Source: an uncultured virus (IMG/VR IMGVR_UViG_3300037088_000381)
Taxonomy: Duplodnaviria; Heunggongvirae; Uroviricota; Caudoviricetes
Virus record (IMG/VR): IMGVR_UViG_3300037088_000381
Length of the DNA: 64,000 nt
Strand: one strand, 5' to 3'
Below the pieces are notes generated by a model. It was not told the DNA's origin. It ran no database searches and saw only the letters and a program-made list of their open reading frames with translations. Both the position numbers and the translations under genes were made by a program. Positions 21,150 to 31,630 of this stretch are shown here, in pieces. Position 1 is the first letter of the stretch. Every line of letters begins with the position of its first letter.

Positions 21150-21746
21150 ATGCAAGCATATAACCGCACTCGAATAACAAACGGTAAACAACTTAATAAA
21201 ATCATAACCGATTGGATTGATAACATCAACCCAGAGTATAAAGATGGCGATATGATCTGTATTACCGGACCGAAGTTACCTGCATGGTTACATTCATGGA
21301 CACCTGAAGATAATCGCCCGAAACTTTGGATGCCCGAGTCACATAGAAGCCCACAACAACAAGCGGATTATATTACAATAATTAGAAAAACAGTATCATA
21401 CCATAACCTTATCGTGTTTACTTACTCTCCCTTCATTATATCAGACTTTAATAAGGAGAATGTTTTAGTGTTCGGTAAGAATAGTATTGTTACCAAACCA
21501 GAGTTCAATACTTTTGGATCGAGCGTCAATAAAATAACGACGTGCTTGTTAAATCAAACCCATACTTTTGGTAACTATGCCGTAAGCGAATTAGAAAAGT
21601 ATCGACAACGAGCTAAAGAAAGCACACCAGAACAAATGAAAAGTTTAATAGATGAAATGTATAAAGTCTTTGGCGATTCAGTTGAAAGAACAATCCTTAT
21701 CAATAGCTGTATAAATAAAGAAGAAAAAATAGAAACAACTTTTTGA
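21150..21746 (+). CDS. Degenerate ABC/AAA ATPase C-terminal fragment (PtuA or restriction-associated ATPase-like)
   Basis: MPESH.SP resembles DEPE.H..P; TYSPFIISD resembles THSPFIISD; TFGSSVNKIT; no intact Walker A. Confidence 0.55.
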   Translation: MQAYNRTRITNGKQLNKIITDWIDNINPEYKDGDMICITGPKLPAWLHSWTPEDNRPKLWMPESHRSPQQQADYITIIRKTVSYHNLIVFTYSPFIISDFNKENVLVFGKNSIVTKPEFNTFGSSVNKITTCLLNQTHTFGNYAVSELEKYRQRAKESTPEQMKSLIDEMYKVFGDSVERTILINSCINKEEKIETTF

Positions 21747-21829
21747 TGCCCTTCTTCCTCAAATAAAGTATCAAGTTCTTTCATTCCAAGTACATATAAA
21801 ATAATATATATTTAAAAGGGGTTACACAA

Positions 21830-22975
21830 ATGAATATTGAAACCACAATACGAACACTCAAATGGCTACCACCAAGACAGTCGGTACTCATTGAAGCGAA
21901 TCACGGTACAGGTAAGTCCAGCGTCGTTGCCCAGACCGCAGCTCAACTCTCTATCGAATTGAAAAAGCCTTTCGGCTTCGTTGATATTCGTCTCGGTCAG
22001 TATGAGATAGGGGACTTGATCGGACTCCCCCGTGCTCGTGAAAAATATGACATCGTTAGCAAGGTATTCGATAAAGGAATCCTTGTTGAAAGTAAAATAG
22101 AAGCCGAACACGTTACCGTACATGACTTACCATTATGGTTCCCAAGGGACTCGGACTCGCAAGGGTTCTTATTCTTCGATGAGCTTAACCGTGGTTCCCG
22201 TGATACTCAACAGTGGGCAATGCAGATTGTCTTAGACTACAAGAGTAACTTTGTTGAACTCCCGATGGGCTGGCGTGTTATAGCTGCCTGTAACGATGAC
22301 CAGGATGTTTACAATGTCATGGGCCTTGATGCTGCTTTGTATGATCGGTTCATGGTAATCAAGTTTCAACCCACAGTAAAAGAATGGTTGGACTATGCAG
22401 AGAAGCACGGCGTTCATCCTGCCATTGTAAAATACGTATCAAAGGTTGGTTCTGAATTAGATCCCCCAGAGAAAATGGAACCAGGTAAGAAGTATCCATC
22501 AAGAAGGTCTTGGGAAAAATTCTCCATAACACTTCAGCACATGGATAAAAGAGGGGATGATCCTTTAAAGGATCTGGAATATTTAATTCACCTTGGTAGT
22601 GGATTTGTTGGCTCAACCTCAGCGGTCGGCTTTAAAGAGTTCGTCCAAAAGGATTATAAAATATTTACCCCTGAAGAGATCCTTAATAAGTTCCCGAAGC
22701 TCAAGTCTGAGTTCGAGAAGATGGTTGCCACGGACATAGCCTTCTATAATAAGGAACTTGTTTCTTACATCAAGAAAAATGGAATCAAACTTGCCAAGAA
22801 ACAATCGGATAACTTATTCGACTACATAAAAGTTATCCCCCGTGAAACAGCTTCAGGTTTCTGGAGAGCTTTCCTGAGTGAGTGTAAAGAAGAGTCTACA
22901 AGATTCTATACCAGTAGCAAAGTCATTACAGATTATATCTTTGGGCTACTGGATAAATCTACATCCATGAAATAA
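21830..22975 (+). CDS. MoxR-like AAA+ ATPase
   Basis: ANHGTGKS Walker A, FFDELNR Walker B, AACN sensor, DAALYDRF, PSRRSWE. Confidence 0.9.
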   Translation: MNIETTIRTLKWLPPRQSVLIEANHGTGKSSVVAQTAAQLSIELKKPFGFVDIRLGQYEIGDLIGLPRAREKYDIVSKVFDKGILVESKIEAEHVTVHDLPLWFPRDSDSQGFLFFDELNRGSRDTQQWAMQIVLDYKSNFVELPMGWRVIAACNDDQDVYNVMGLDAALYDRFMVIKFQPTVKEWLDYAEKHGVHPAIVKYVSKVGSELDPPEKMEPGKKYPSRRSWEKFSITLQHMDKRGDDPLKDLEYLIHLGSGFVGSTSAVGFKEFVQKDYKIFTPEEILNKFPKLKSEFEKMVATDIAFYNKELVSYIKKNGIKLAKKQSDNLFDYIKVIPRETASGFWRAFLSECKEESTRFYTSSKVITDYIFGLLDKSTSMK

Positions 22976-23003
22976 GGAAGGGGCTTTGTCCCCTTCCCTT
23001 TCA
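22974..23003 (+). terminator. Hairpin between the AAA and VWA genes
   Basis: GGAAGGGG...CCCCTTCC followed by Ts. Confidence 0.5.
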
Positions 23004-23017
23004 AATAGGGGTACACC

Positions 23018-24322
23018 ATGCAGATAATAATTACAAACCAAAAGGAAATAGACCCTCGTGAAATAGATAAGGCCAAGAAAAGAATGGAATGGCTTACAGG
23101 GTTTATGACTATCAAGTTCCAATTCGTTTACCAGGTACTCGGGATGATGACTAAAGTATGTGTCCCCTACTATGAAACAATGGGAGTAAGAGTTCTTGGT
23201 AGTGGAAACTTTCAATTAATCTATGACCCTATCTTTGTTAATGGATTAAAGGACACAGAATTAACCTACGTAATGTACCACGAGATTCTACATCTGGTTC
23301 TGCATCACTGCACTACCAGAAACTATGATGACCGTGAACTTGCAAATATTGCCCATGATCTTGCAGTCAACGAGCTTGTACCAACAGATAGTCAGTCCTG
23401 TATGAAACCTATGAAGGATGGAAAACTCTTCGGATTATTTGTATCAGAGCTTAAGAAAAGTGGCATGTACTCAGACATTAAAGAAATGCAGAGTGCTGAA
23501 TGGTACTATAACTACCTTAAACAAAAAGCTAAAGAGAACGAATCTAAGAATGGAAAAGACCCAGGTAAAGAAGATGGAGAAGGTCAAGGCCAAGGTCAGG
23601 GCAAAGGGGATAACAAAGATAAGGATAATAATAAAGGAGGTGGTAGCGGGAAGGGTGTGAAACCAGACCTCAAGAGTTCGTTCGATAAGCACGGTGAATG
23701 GAAAGAGGATGAGATCGGGGACGAAAAGATACGGGCTAAGGTACATGAAATTTCCAAGTCCGATACCTGGGGCAATATAGAATCTTCAGCAAAGGAATTG
23801 ATCCTTGCTGCTCAGACCCGACGTATAAATTGGAGGAACCTTCTCAGACAGTTCTATGGTAACATGGCATGGCATGAGAAAGAAGCAACCCGCAAACGTC
23901 CGAACAGACGTACAGGTTTAATTCATCCAGGTAATAGAAAGATTCATGTTGATCGGCACTTGGTTGTAGCTGATACGTCTGGATCAACACAAGGTTTGTT
24001 ACCTCAGTTCCTTTCCGTTATAAATGAAATGACGGAATACTTTCCTATCGACTTCATGCAATGTGATTGTGGAATAAAAGAACTTCCTAAACCCTTTGAT
24101 CGTAAGAGAAAGGAATATACTTTCACTGGTCTTGGAGGGACAGACTTTCAACCGATCATCGACATAGTAAATGAAAGGCGTTACAAATCTGTAGTGATCC
24201 TCACTGATGGAGCAGCTCCTGAATGCACACAGCCAAAAGCCAGAGTAGTATGGGTCTTACCTGAAGGTATGAAACCCCCAGTCGAATGGGGCATGAGAAT
24301 ACACATGGCTGCAAATGTTTAA
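23018..24322 (+). CDS. DUF2201-type metallopeptidase/VWA-like protein
   Basis: HEILH..LHH; DLAVN; DTSGS MIDAS; GGTDF.P; LTDG. Confidence 0.9.
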   Translation: MQIIITNQKEIDPREIDKAKKRMEWLTGFMTIKFQFVYQVLGMMTKVCVPYYETMGVRVLGSGNFQLIYDPIFVNGLKDTELTYVMYHEILHLVLHHCTTRNYDDRELANIAHDLAVNELVPTDSQSCMKPMKDGKLFGLFVSELKKSGMYSDIKEMQSAEWYYNYLKQKAKENESKNGKDPGKEDGEGQGQGQGKGDNKDKDNNKGGGSGKGVKPDLKSSFDKHGEWKEDEIGDEKIRAKVHEISKSDTWGNIESSAKELILAAQTRRINWRNLLRQFYGNMAWHEKEATRKRPNRRTGLIHPGNRKIHVDRHLVVADTSGSTQGLLPQFLSVINEMTEYFPIDFMQCDCGIKELPKPFDRKRKEYTFTGLGGTDFQPIIDIVNERRYKSVVILTDGAAPECTQPKARVVWVLPEGMKPPVEWGMRIHMAANV

Positions 24323-24696
24323 GGAGAGGGTATGGTTATCAATCCTATTATCATTTACCATTTAGATGTTCGATACATCTATCTGTCTAAAGAAGGTATG
24401 AGAGAAAAGAGCATGACTCAATTATTCCTTGCAGAGAATGATTACCATGCGGTACTTACCGCATGGGCTTGGGCTAAGGGTAGGTATGAAGTTATTATAA
24501 AGGATACCTACCCAAGATCTTCTATAGGATCAATAAGAGTTGGTGAGTTTCTTATTGGTGGTCTTATGGAGGATAACAGAATGGAGACTAAACACTTAGG
24601 CCCATTCTTTGAATGGAAGTGTGACTTCCCAATGTACTCTCTCGAACAATACATAGCCGTTAAGAAAGAGGAGTTAAATAAACCAAGGAGAATTAT

Positions 24697-25494
24697 ATGA
24701 GCCGACAAAGACCCTCAGTAAGAAATTACATTCAGGCTTTAAACTTTCTTGGCGATAAAGAAACCAGAAAGCTTTGTAACAATACTACCCTTCATAAATA
24801 CAGGGATGGCACTCTCGCTATCCAATTACATTGGACCGATGTTATATCCTTTAAACCTAACCGAGATACAGTATTTGATACAGGAGGTTGGCGTTCGGTA
24901 ACTACTAAGGATCGAATCAATGAGTTCTCCGAGTACAGTGTCTATTCAAAGAAAGGTGAATGGGTTGTTAGGAGTAAAGACGAAACTGAATATCTATTTG
25001 AACGTGGTATGGTTATCAAAGCTGATGGATCAATAAGTACCTGTCCTTATTATGCTATCACCCTGGGTAATATTTCCGGGCAAGAATGTAAAAGCAAAGA
25101 GGACATGCTAAGTATTATAAAGGAACTTGATAAGAAAACTATAGCAAAATTCCTTAACCGTATCACGATTGACTTCAGCCCAGTCTCGGTTCTATGCCTT
25201 ACCAGAATCACTGACAAGGATACCTTTCAAGAAAGTATCGAAGCTCTTACCCTTGAACAGTTATGGAAGATATGGAAACGAGCCTCATACGATCTCAGGA
25301 AACAGATTGAACCCAGACTCGCGGACTTGATCTATGAGCAGACCTTTCAGGTGCTACTAAGTATGTGGGAGCACTGCCGTAATGTAGGCAGGTATTTCAT
25401 TGCAGAAAATTGCCCGAAGGAGTTCTTACCATTAACCCTAAATTATCATGGCCCTTTCAGGTACATAGTTGAATCACGACTTAAAGAAGATTAA
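24697..25494 (+). CDS. Hypothetical protein with C-terminal LPL tag
   Basis: GGW.SVTTK.RIN; ends FLPLTLNYHGPFRYIVESRLKED. Confidence 0.75.
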   Translation: MSRQRPSVRNYIQALNFLGDKETRKLCNNTTLHKYRDGTLAIQLHWTDVISFKPNRDTVFDTGGWRSVTTKDRINEFSEYSVYSKKGEWVVRSKDETEYLFERGMVIKADGSISTCPYYAITLGNISGQECKSKEDMLSIIKELDKKTIAKFLNRITIDFSPVSVLCLTRITDKDTFQESIEALTLEQLWKIWKRASYDLRKQIEPRLADLIYEQTFQVLLSMWEHCRNVGRYFIAENCPKEFLPLTLNYHGPFRYIVESRLKED

Positions 25495-25509
25495 AGAAAG
25501 GATTGTAGT

Positions 25510-25842
25510 ATGGCTCTAATTAAAAAGGCTTGGTTCTTTGGATCTGAATCCAAACCAAATGCTCAACCACACCAGACTCTACTTTATGAGAATGGTACAA
25601 CCTCTTGTGGGTGTAACGGATGGACCAGGCGTTGTGTCGATGGGGTACGTACTTGCAGGCACGTAAGATTCGTTGAAGCAGGTATGGCAGACTCGCAATG
25701 TTTGTCTAGCGTAGAGTATGAGGACGGCAAACCTATTAACTCTAAAGCTGACACTGTTGAAAGTAAACCTAAACCAAAGGTTAAAAAGACTCTGGCTAAA
25801 GAAGAATACATCGAACCACCCCGAAGGAAAATTCAATGGTGA
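25510..25842 (+). CDS. SWIM zinc-finger protein
   Basis: SCGC...TCRH. Confidence 0.7.
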   Translation: MALIKKAWFFGSESKPNAQPHQTLLYENGTTSCGCNGWTRRCVDGVRTCRHVRFVEAGMADSQCLSSVEYEDGKPINSKADTVESKPKPKVKKTLAKEEYIEPPRRKIQW

Positions 25843-26177
25843 ATTTTAATGGTAAGGAATCTCGATGCACTACCAAAGAAAAATCGTACAAGATCCCAAT
25901 GATGTTCGGAGTCGAACATACTATGTGTATGTATGTTCCGTATGTAAAAAGGCTGAATGGTTTAACTGGGTTCCAAACTTTGACACTACCAGACTCCGCA
26001 AGTGCCCTAACTGTGGGACACTTGATGACACCACCGATAAAGAATATCTCCTGACTCGGAAAGCGGAACTCACCGAGCAACTCAATAAATTAAACGATGA
26101 TCTTATGACAATCGTATCCAGATTAGAGGTTCTGGAAATTGAACAACGACCAATGCCCGAACAGGAAGGGGTCATGA

Positions 26178-26696
26178 ATGCAAAGGATATTTGTAACGAC
26201 GGATACCCACCTGGGGCACACGAGTCTCAGTGATGATGGGTTACGGCCTAAAGACTTCTCTGAAAGTATCCTTACCAAGCTTAACCGTAACCTAAACCCC
26301 AGTGATGTCCTGATACATCTGGGAGACGTTTGCTTTAATGAAGATATTATGTGGCATGAAAGATTATCCTTTATCACCTGCAAGAAATGGCTTGTAAGGG
26401 GGAACCATGATAAGAAGTCCCTGACTTGGTACACGGAACACGGATGGGATATGGTATGTGAATCCTTTTGTCTGGTAGCCTTTGGTAAAAAGATTCTCTT
26501 CTCACACATTCCTATAAAGGATGATGGATGGTATGACATAAATATACACGGTCACTTTCACGACTTCAGTATCGAGAAGGTAAAGGAATTTGAACCCGAA
26601 GTATTTAAGATCATGAGTTCAAAGCACCACCTTATAAGTCTTGAAGCTCTTCATTATGAGCCTATAAAGCTTCAACGTATCATCGAACAATACTAA
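26178..26696 (+). CDS. Calcineurin-like metallophosphoesterase
   Basis: DTHLGH, HLGD, GNHD, SH.P, HGHFH. Confidence 0.9.
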   Translation: MQRIFVTTDTHLGHTSLSDDGLRPKDFSESILTKLNRNLNPSDVLIHLGDVCFNEDIMWHERLSFITCKKWLVRGNHDKKSLTWYTEHGWDMVCESFCLVAFGKKILFSHIPIKDDGWYDINIHGHFHDFSIEKVKEFEPEVFKIMSSKHHLISLEALHYEPIKLQRIIEQY

Positions 26697-26712
26697 CCAA
26701 GGAGTAATCCTA

Positions 26713-27297
26713 ATGAATGCTTTCGACAAAGTAGCCAAGAAAGCCACAGACTCAACACGTTCCGAAGTCATTGCCGCCACCATAAACAAAACCGTTGCCA
26801 ACGACATCGATACCTTCGTATCCATTAAGCAGGACATCAAAACTGCTGAAGCTGATCTCAAGATCGTTGAAGTAAGAGTCATTGAACACCTTCGTGCCCA
26901 ACAAGATGCCCTGGCATACGGCGGTAACTTTACCAAGTCCTTACGAGCACAAGGCATTGTCAACAGCATTACTTATGTGACCTCGGATAAGTTCTCAGTC
27001 CCACAGGATGAGGATTCATTAAAGGCACTTAAGAAAGTTGCTGGTGATATGTACGATGACTTGTTCGAGACCAAAAGAAATATCTCCATCAAGAAAGAAG
27101 TTCTTGATAACGATACCCTTGTTAATAAAATTGCTACTGCCTGTGAGAAGGCCGGGTTATCCATTGGAGAAATCTTTGATGTGGGCGACAAGGTTGTTGC
27201 CAAGTCCGGGCTCGATAAGAAACAATACGACCTACCGAAATCCAAACTTGAAGTCTTCCGTACTCTGGTGAAGCAGAACAAACCTGCTTTAAAATAA
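26713..27297 (+). CDS. Hypothetical protein
   Basis: AAGGAG RBS, 194 aa. Confidence 0.75.
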   Translation: MNAFDKVAKKATDSTRSEVIAATINKTVANDIDTFVSIKQDIKTAEADLKIVEVRVIEHLRAQQDALAYGGNFTKSLRAQGIVNSITYVTSDKFSVPQDEDSLKALKKVAGDMYDDLFETKRNISIKKEVLDNDTLVNKIATACEKAGLSIGEIFDVGDKVVAKSGLDKKQYDLPKSKLEVFRTLVKQNKPALK

Positions 27298-27321
27298 ACT
27301 GTTCCTTGTGAAAGGAACTCT

Positions 27322-27939
27322 ATGACAACCTTCATCAATGGGCGGTCCTTTAAGGACCGCTCTTTAAATGTTATCCTCAGTAAGATTACCGAATGTGAAC
27401 AAGTAAGACTTCGCTTATATAATAAACGATGGAAACCCTGGACTGAAGAAGGAGATAAACTTAATAAATTCTGGGGCATGTATAAGCGTGATAAAATATG
27501 TATAAACTTTTCCGAGTATGGCTTCAATTCTAATGTGCTTACGACCCCAGAGGAACTGGCATTGATTGTAGATGAAAAGAAACTTCCCTTATTGATTCAT
27601 GATCCTAAATGGGCTTCGGCTCTTAACGTAATAGAGAAAAGATTGAAAGGAGAACTTCAACCTCCACTAAAACGCCAAGACCTCCTTGATGAATATTTCA
27701 GATTGCAAATACGGGATAAGCATATCGGTATGATTCATGGGTGGTATAAAGAACTCCTCTATCATTATCTTCGATCAAACCATTTAAATAATATATACAA
27801 CCATAACAGAACGGTTCAATTGATCGTGCTGACAAACAACAACCGTAACTTCTATGTGACTTTAACGAAGAACAATTTTCATCTCCACTCTCAAAGCGAG
27901 ATATATAATGTTGATGAAAAAGATTCTACAGGAGATTGA
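27322..27939 (+). CDS. Hypothetical protein with internal LPLL tag
   Basis: KKLPLLIHDPKWASALNVIEKRLKGE. Confidence 0.7.
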   Translation: MTTFINGRSFKDRSLNVILSKITECEQVRLRLYNKRWKPWTEEGDKLNKFWGMYKRDKICINFSEYGFNSNVLTTPEELALIVDEKKLPLLIHDPKWASALNVIEKRLKGELQPPLKRQDLLDEYFRLQIRDKHIGMIHGWYKELLYHYLRSNHLNNIYNHNRTVQLIVLTNNNRNFYVTLTKNNFHLHSQSEIYNVDEKDSTGD

Positions 27940-28209
27940 AGTCTCAAGGATATGGACACGACTTGCAATGGAAGGTAACTATAGTTTAATAGACAGGCTT
28001 CACAAGGCCGAGACCAAGGAGCCTGGATACACGACAATCATTGTACCAGACGAAGGGTTCAGTCCTGATGACGATGTGCATAACTCTATTATCGATTGGC
28101 TTAAAGCCCGTAAGTATATTAACATAATCAATGTTAGGAAAGAAGTTTACGAGTTAGAGAAGTCTCGATCATGGGTTAAATAAATTTCGGTGGTGTGTAG
28201 TGTGGTGAG

Positions 28210-28243
28210 TGAGGGGGTTGTGGTAGCCCCCTCATTTTATTTT
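28210..28243 (+). terminator. Rho-independent terminator
   Basis: TGAGGGGGTTG...TAGCCCCCTCA followed by TTTTATTTT. Confidence 0.7.
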
Positions 28244-28257
28244 AAGCAGGAGGCCCA

Positions 28258-28659
28258 ATGAATAAGGATGGGATACTTGAACTCAAGTTGGATTGCATTG
28301 ATAAACTTCAAGAAGAGATTGATAACATTAGGCAGCTTGAAGCAAAGCGCCTCTATAAGATCAAGGAATTAGATTGGAGTATGCAAGGTCAGAAGGATAC
28401 ACTCTTTGAAACCTGGGGTTATATAGAATGTTTCAATAAGGAATCATGTCGAGTATGTGTCGTTGCTTCAAACAATGATAGATACTCGGACAAGTCTGGA
28501 CGCCATCGGCATAATATCAATATGTTTGATTACTATAAACTTGCAAATAACGTAACCCGAGCAAAGAGAATAGACCTGCCTTTATTACTTGGCTTACCTT
28601 TCAGGTCTACCGAACTCGAACTGTTATTCAAGGGTAAGAAAATTCTAATGGATGAATAG
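28258..28659 (+). CDS. Hypothetical protein with C-terminal LPLL tag
   Basis: RIDLPLLLGLPFRSTELELLFKG. Confidence 0.7.
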   Translation: MNKDGILELKLDCIDKLQEEIDNIRQLEAKRLYKIKELDWSMQGQKDTLFETWGYIECFNKESCRVCVVASNNDRYSDKSGRHRHNINMFDYYKLANNVTRAKRIDLPLLLGLPFRSTELELLFKGKKILMDE

Positions 28660-28827
28660 GAGTGCTTATGAATACCATGTTAATATTTTTACTGGCTTTA
28701 GGAGTTGGTATCCTTTGCCTAATCTTCTTTGCACTGCTTCTTATATGTCGAAGCGTAACGTCATTTAATAATAACTTTGCCAAGTATATAAAGTATAAAA
28801 TAACAGGCCAATGGTAAAGGAAACATT

Positions 28828-29457
28828 ATGTCTCATCACACTATCATCGCTAAAGTCTGGGCTGATACGGAAGAGGAAGCTGAAGCGACAGTAGTAGATG
28901 CTATGGAAGATTCAATTCAATCAAGCCATAACTCGGAAGGGTGGAGCTACTTTGATTCAGCAACCCTTATTAATAAACTTGAACTGCCTTCAAAGTTTGG
29001 AGTTAAAACTTTTGAAGAACTTGAAACCAAACTAATAAAGAATCGCCAGGATACTATGGACTCCTTTATAGCACAGGTTAAGGATGACCTGATAGTTAAA
29101 CTGGCCCCGTACTTCCTGGATAAAAGGGAAGCTGCCCTGTACATCGACACAGAGAATAAAGAATTAAAAGAACACGTTGAAAAGATATTGAAAAAAAAGA
29201 AGGACATTGTTAAGCCTGTTACCTTTGAGGATGTCACCAATATCTTTGTAAAAATTGTTACTGACATTCCCAAAGATGATATGACTCATTCGATGACTAT
29301 GTATAGGTTAAATAAAATAAAGAAACTCCAACGCTGTACAGGCATTGCTGATATGGAAGACAGTCTGCAATGTAACGTCAATCCATTTGCAGAGTTTCCC
29401 TATGATGATGATATTCCTTTAACGGCTTATTACTTTGAATGTATACGTGGTAACTAA
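28828..29457 (+). CDS. Hypothetical protein with internal tag variant
   Basis: REAALYIDTENKELKEHVEKILK. Confidence 0.7.
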   Translation: MSHHTIIAKVWADTEEEAEATVVDAMEDSIQSSHNSEGWSYFDSATLINKLELPSKFGVKTFEELETKLIKNRQDTMDSFIAQVKDDLIVKLAPYFLDKREAALYIDTENKELKEHVEKILKKKKDIVKPVTFEDVTNIFVKIVTDIPKDDMTHSMTMYRLNKIKKLQRCTGIADMEDSLQCNVNPFAEFPYDDDIPLTAYYFECIRGN

Positions 29458-29992
29458 GGAGAACTGTATGGGTAGTTTAAAATATAAGCTCTATAGGAGC
29501 TTTGAAGAAATACCCGTCACCGTAGAATTCAATTACTCACCAGCCCAACGGGGAGCACGAGAACACGGAACGGGAGTACCTCTCGAACCAGACTACGAAG
29601 AGGAAATTGAAATCATCTCCGTAAAAAATAACGATGGCGTGGAAGTCAAACTCCACGCCACAGAAGATGATGAACTAATAGAAGCATGTGTCCAGAGTAT
29701 TCATGGATGCCGTGAACAGTCTATCATCGACCACTTCATCTCTCGACAAGAGGAGTTCCAATGAAAACAGTTTATATCGTAGCTACAATTCAGCGAGCCC
29801 ATGTTCAGGGAGACGACGTGTTTGCAGACATTGTTCTTGTTACTGAAGACATTGCCCAGGCCAAGACCATGAAGAAGATCATTAAGGAACGCCGACCCTA
29901 TCCTGGTCTGGACTATAACCTGCTTGCCCCTTACGAGGATGTGATATGGTTCGAGAGGGAGCTTGGATCGGTTGTCATTAATAAGGAGACGG

Positions 29993-30334
29993 ATGATGAG
30001 CAAGAAAGCAAAGGAACTAATTAAGCAGGCAATCGAATCTTACTTGGTGGATGATGGGGCTACCGATCTGGGAAGTTGTCGTGATGCCATAACCGATATT
30101 CTACATCTTGCACACAAGAGGCTTAGAAAAAAGTATGACATAGATAATCTCTATAACCATTTGTTTCCTTCAAGCTTTAGTATTTTTAAAGACGAGCTTA
30201 TGGATGCAGAGCACAAAAGGATAGCAAGGATTAAACGTAAGGATCTTCCTCTGCACATTCACGACAATTTTGAGTTTGAAGAATCTAAAGATTTTTTAAT
30301 GGCTCGTTTAAAACACGAGGTTAGAACGGAGTAA
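29993..30334 (+). CDS. Hypothetical protein with C-terminal LPLH tag
   Basis: KDLPLHIHDNFEFEESKDFLMARLK. Confidence 0.7.
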   Translation: MMSKKAKELIKQAIESYLVDDGATDLGSCRDAITDILHLAHKRLRKKYDIDNLYNHLFPSSFSIFKDELMDAEHKRIARIKRKDLPLHIHDNFEFEESKDFLMARLKHEVRTE

Positions 30335-30790
30335 GTATGCCACAATTTAAAACAACAATGAGACCCATTGCTTACTGGAGACTTAGGCCGAGACAGATAT
30401 ATGCGATATGGATTGCTCAATACAAAGCTAAGTTAGAAGGAAGTTCTATCTCTCCCTGTGCAGTAGTTAAGGGAGTTAGAATGGATCACTTTGAAGAACA
30501 TAGTTTCACTCTCGAAAAGGGTAAAGAATATTTTTGGTATAACACAGAAGATCAAAGTACCCACGTCATAGACGTAGGTGAACTTATCAATGGGCCTATT
30601 GGCCTTAGACAAGTGATAGGAGTTTAAGATGCCTTTGTTCACGTCAATAATTGTTGGAGCATGGTTACTTGTAAATGCTATGTATCATTTCGATGTCACT
30701 CCAGAGAAGTATAAGACATTCCACTTCAAACATAAAGTCGAAGTCAGTAAGGAGATCAAAGCACCAGACGATAAAAAATAAGGAGGCCCT

Positions 30791-31123
30791 ATGGCACAAC
30801 CCTGTATAATATGTGGTAGGAAGATAGCACGGAAAATCAAATGCCCGAGTGGCTCCTTACATCTATGCACAGACCGTGAGTGTCTACAAGCTCTTAACTA
30901 TCGAGTCAATGATGGGGCAGTCCCAGTAACATGGTTTTGTATGCAGGAGATAAAGGATCGTGAATTAATTAATGAGACTATCTTTAATTTTTATAGTAAG
31001 GATGAATCAGTAACTTCCGATCTTGCAGATGATGTAAGTGATTATATATGGAGCGGTGAGATTTTTGGAGAAATGTTTCATGAAGCTGTAGTAGAGACAG
31101 CACAAAAACTGGAAAAGAATTGA
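30791..31123 (+). CDS. Hypothetical Cys-rich protein
   Basis: AGGAGG RBS; CIIC. Confidence 0.65.
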   Translation: MAQPCIICGRKIARKIKCPSGSLHLCTDRECLQALNYRVNDGAVPVTWFCMQEIKDRELINETIFNFYSKDESVTSDLADDVSDYIWSGEIFGEMFHEAVVETAQKLEKN

Positions 31124-31346
31124 TTTAAATAATGCTTTAAAGGTCTTAAATAAATACGGAACCATTATCATACACGATACCGACCCCATAGAAAAGTTCC
31201 TTGGAGAAGGAGCTACAGAAGATAGCTATAAGATTATCGACTATATAGAATCCAATCCTGAGTTATCCTCTGTGACTATACAAGCCAATGACGTAGGTAT
31301 GACAATAGTTAAACGGCGTAATGATCGCCGTGTTACTTTAAGATAA
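31119..31346 (+). pseudogene. Start-less C-terminal fragment resembling a class I SAM methyltransferase
   Basis: Manual translation IDLNNALKVLNKYGTIIIHDTDP...DSYK...GMTIVKR; +1 frame relative to 30791..31123. Confidence 0.45.
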
Positions 31347-31630
31347 GGAATTAAAATGAAACGCTTAACTGTATTGAAGAAGCCTATGTCCAGACGTAAA
31401 CTTAAAGCAGCCTACATGAAGAGTGAGCGAATAAGTTTTATCTTCCCTGTTACTATAGGCGACTTACTTGGAGCTACAATTGATGGCCTTAACAATAGAG
31501 TTGAGGAAGCATGTGTAGGTGATAACTGTTTCATGTTCGAGAACATAGCCTACGTACCAGTTGAAGTTCGTAAGAACATAATTCTCATAGAAGTATCGGC
31601 CAACCTCGAAGCAGTTTAAAGGAGCTTAAC

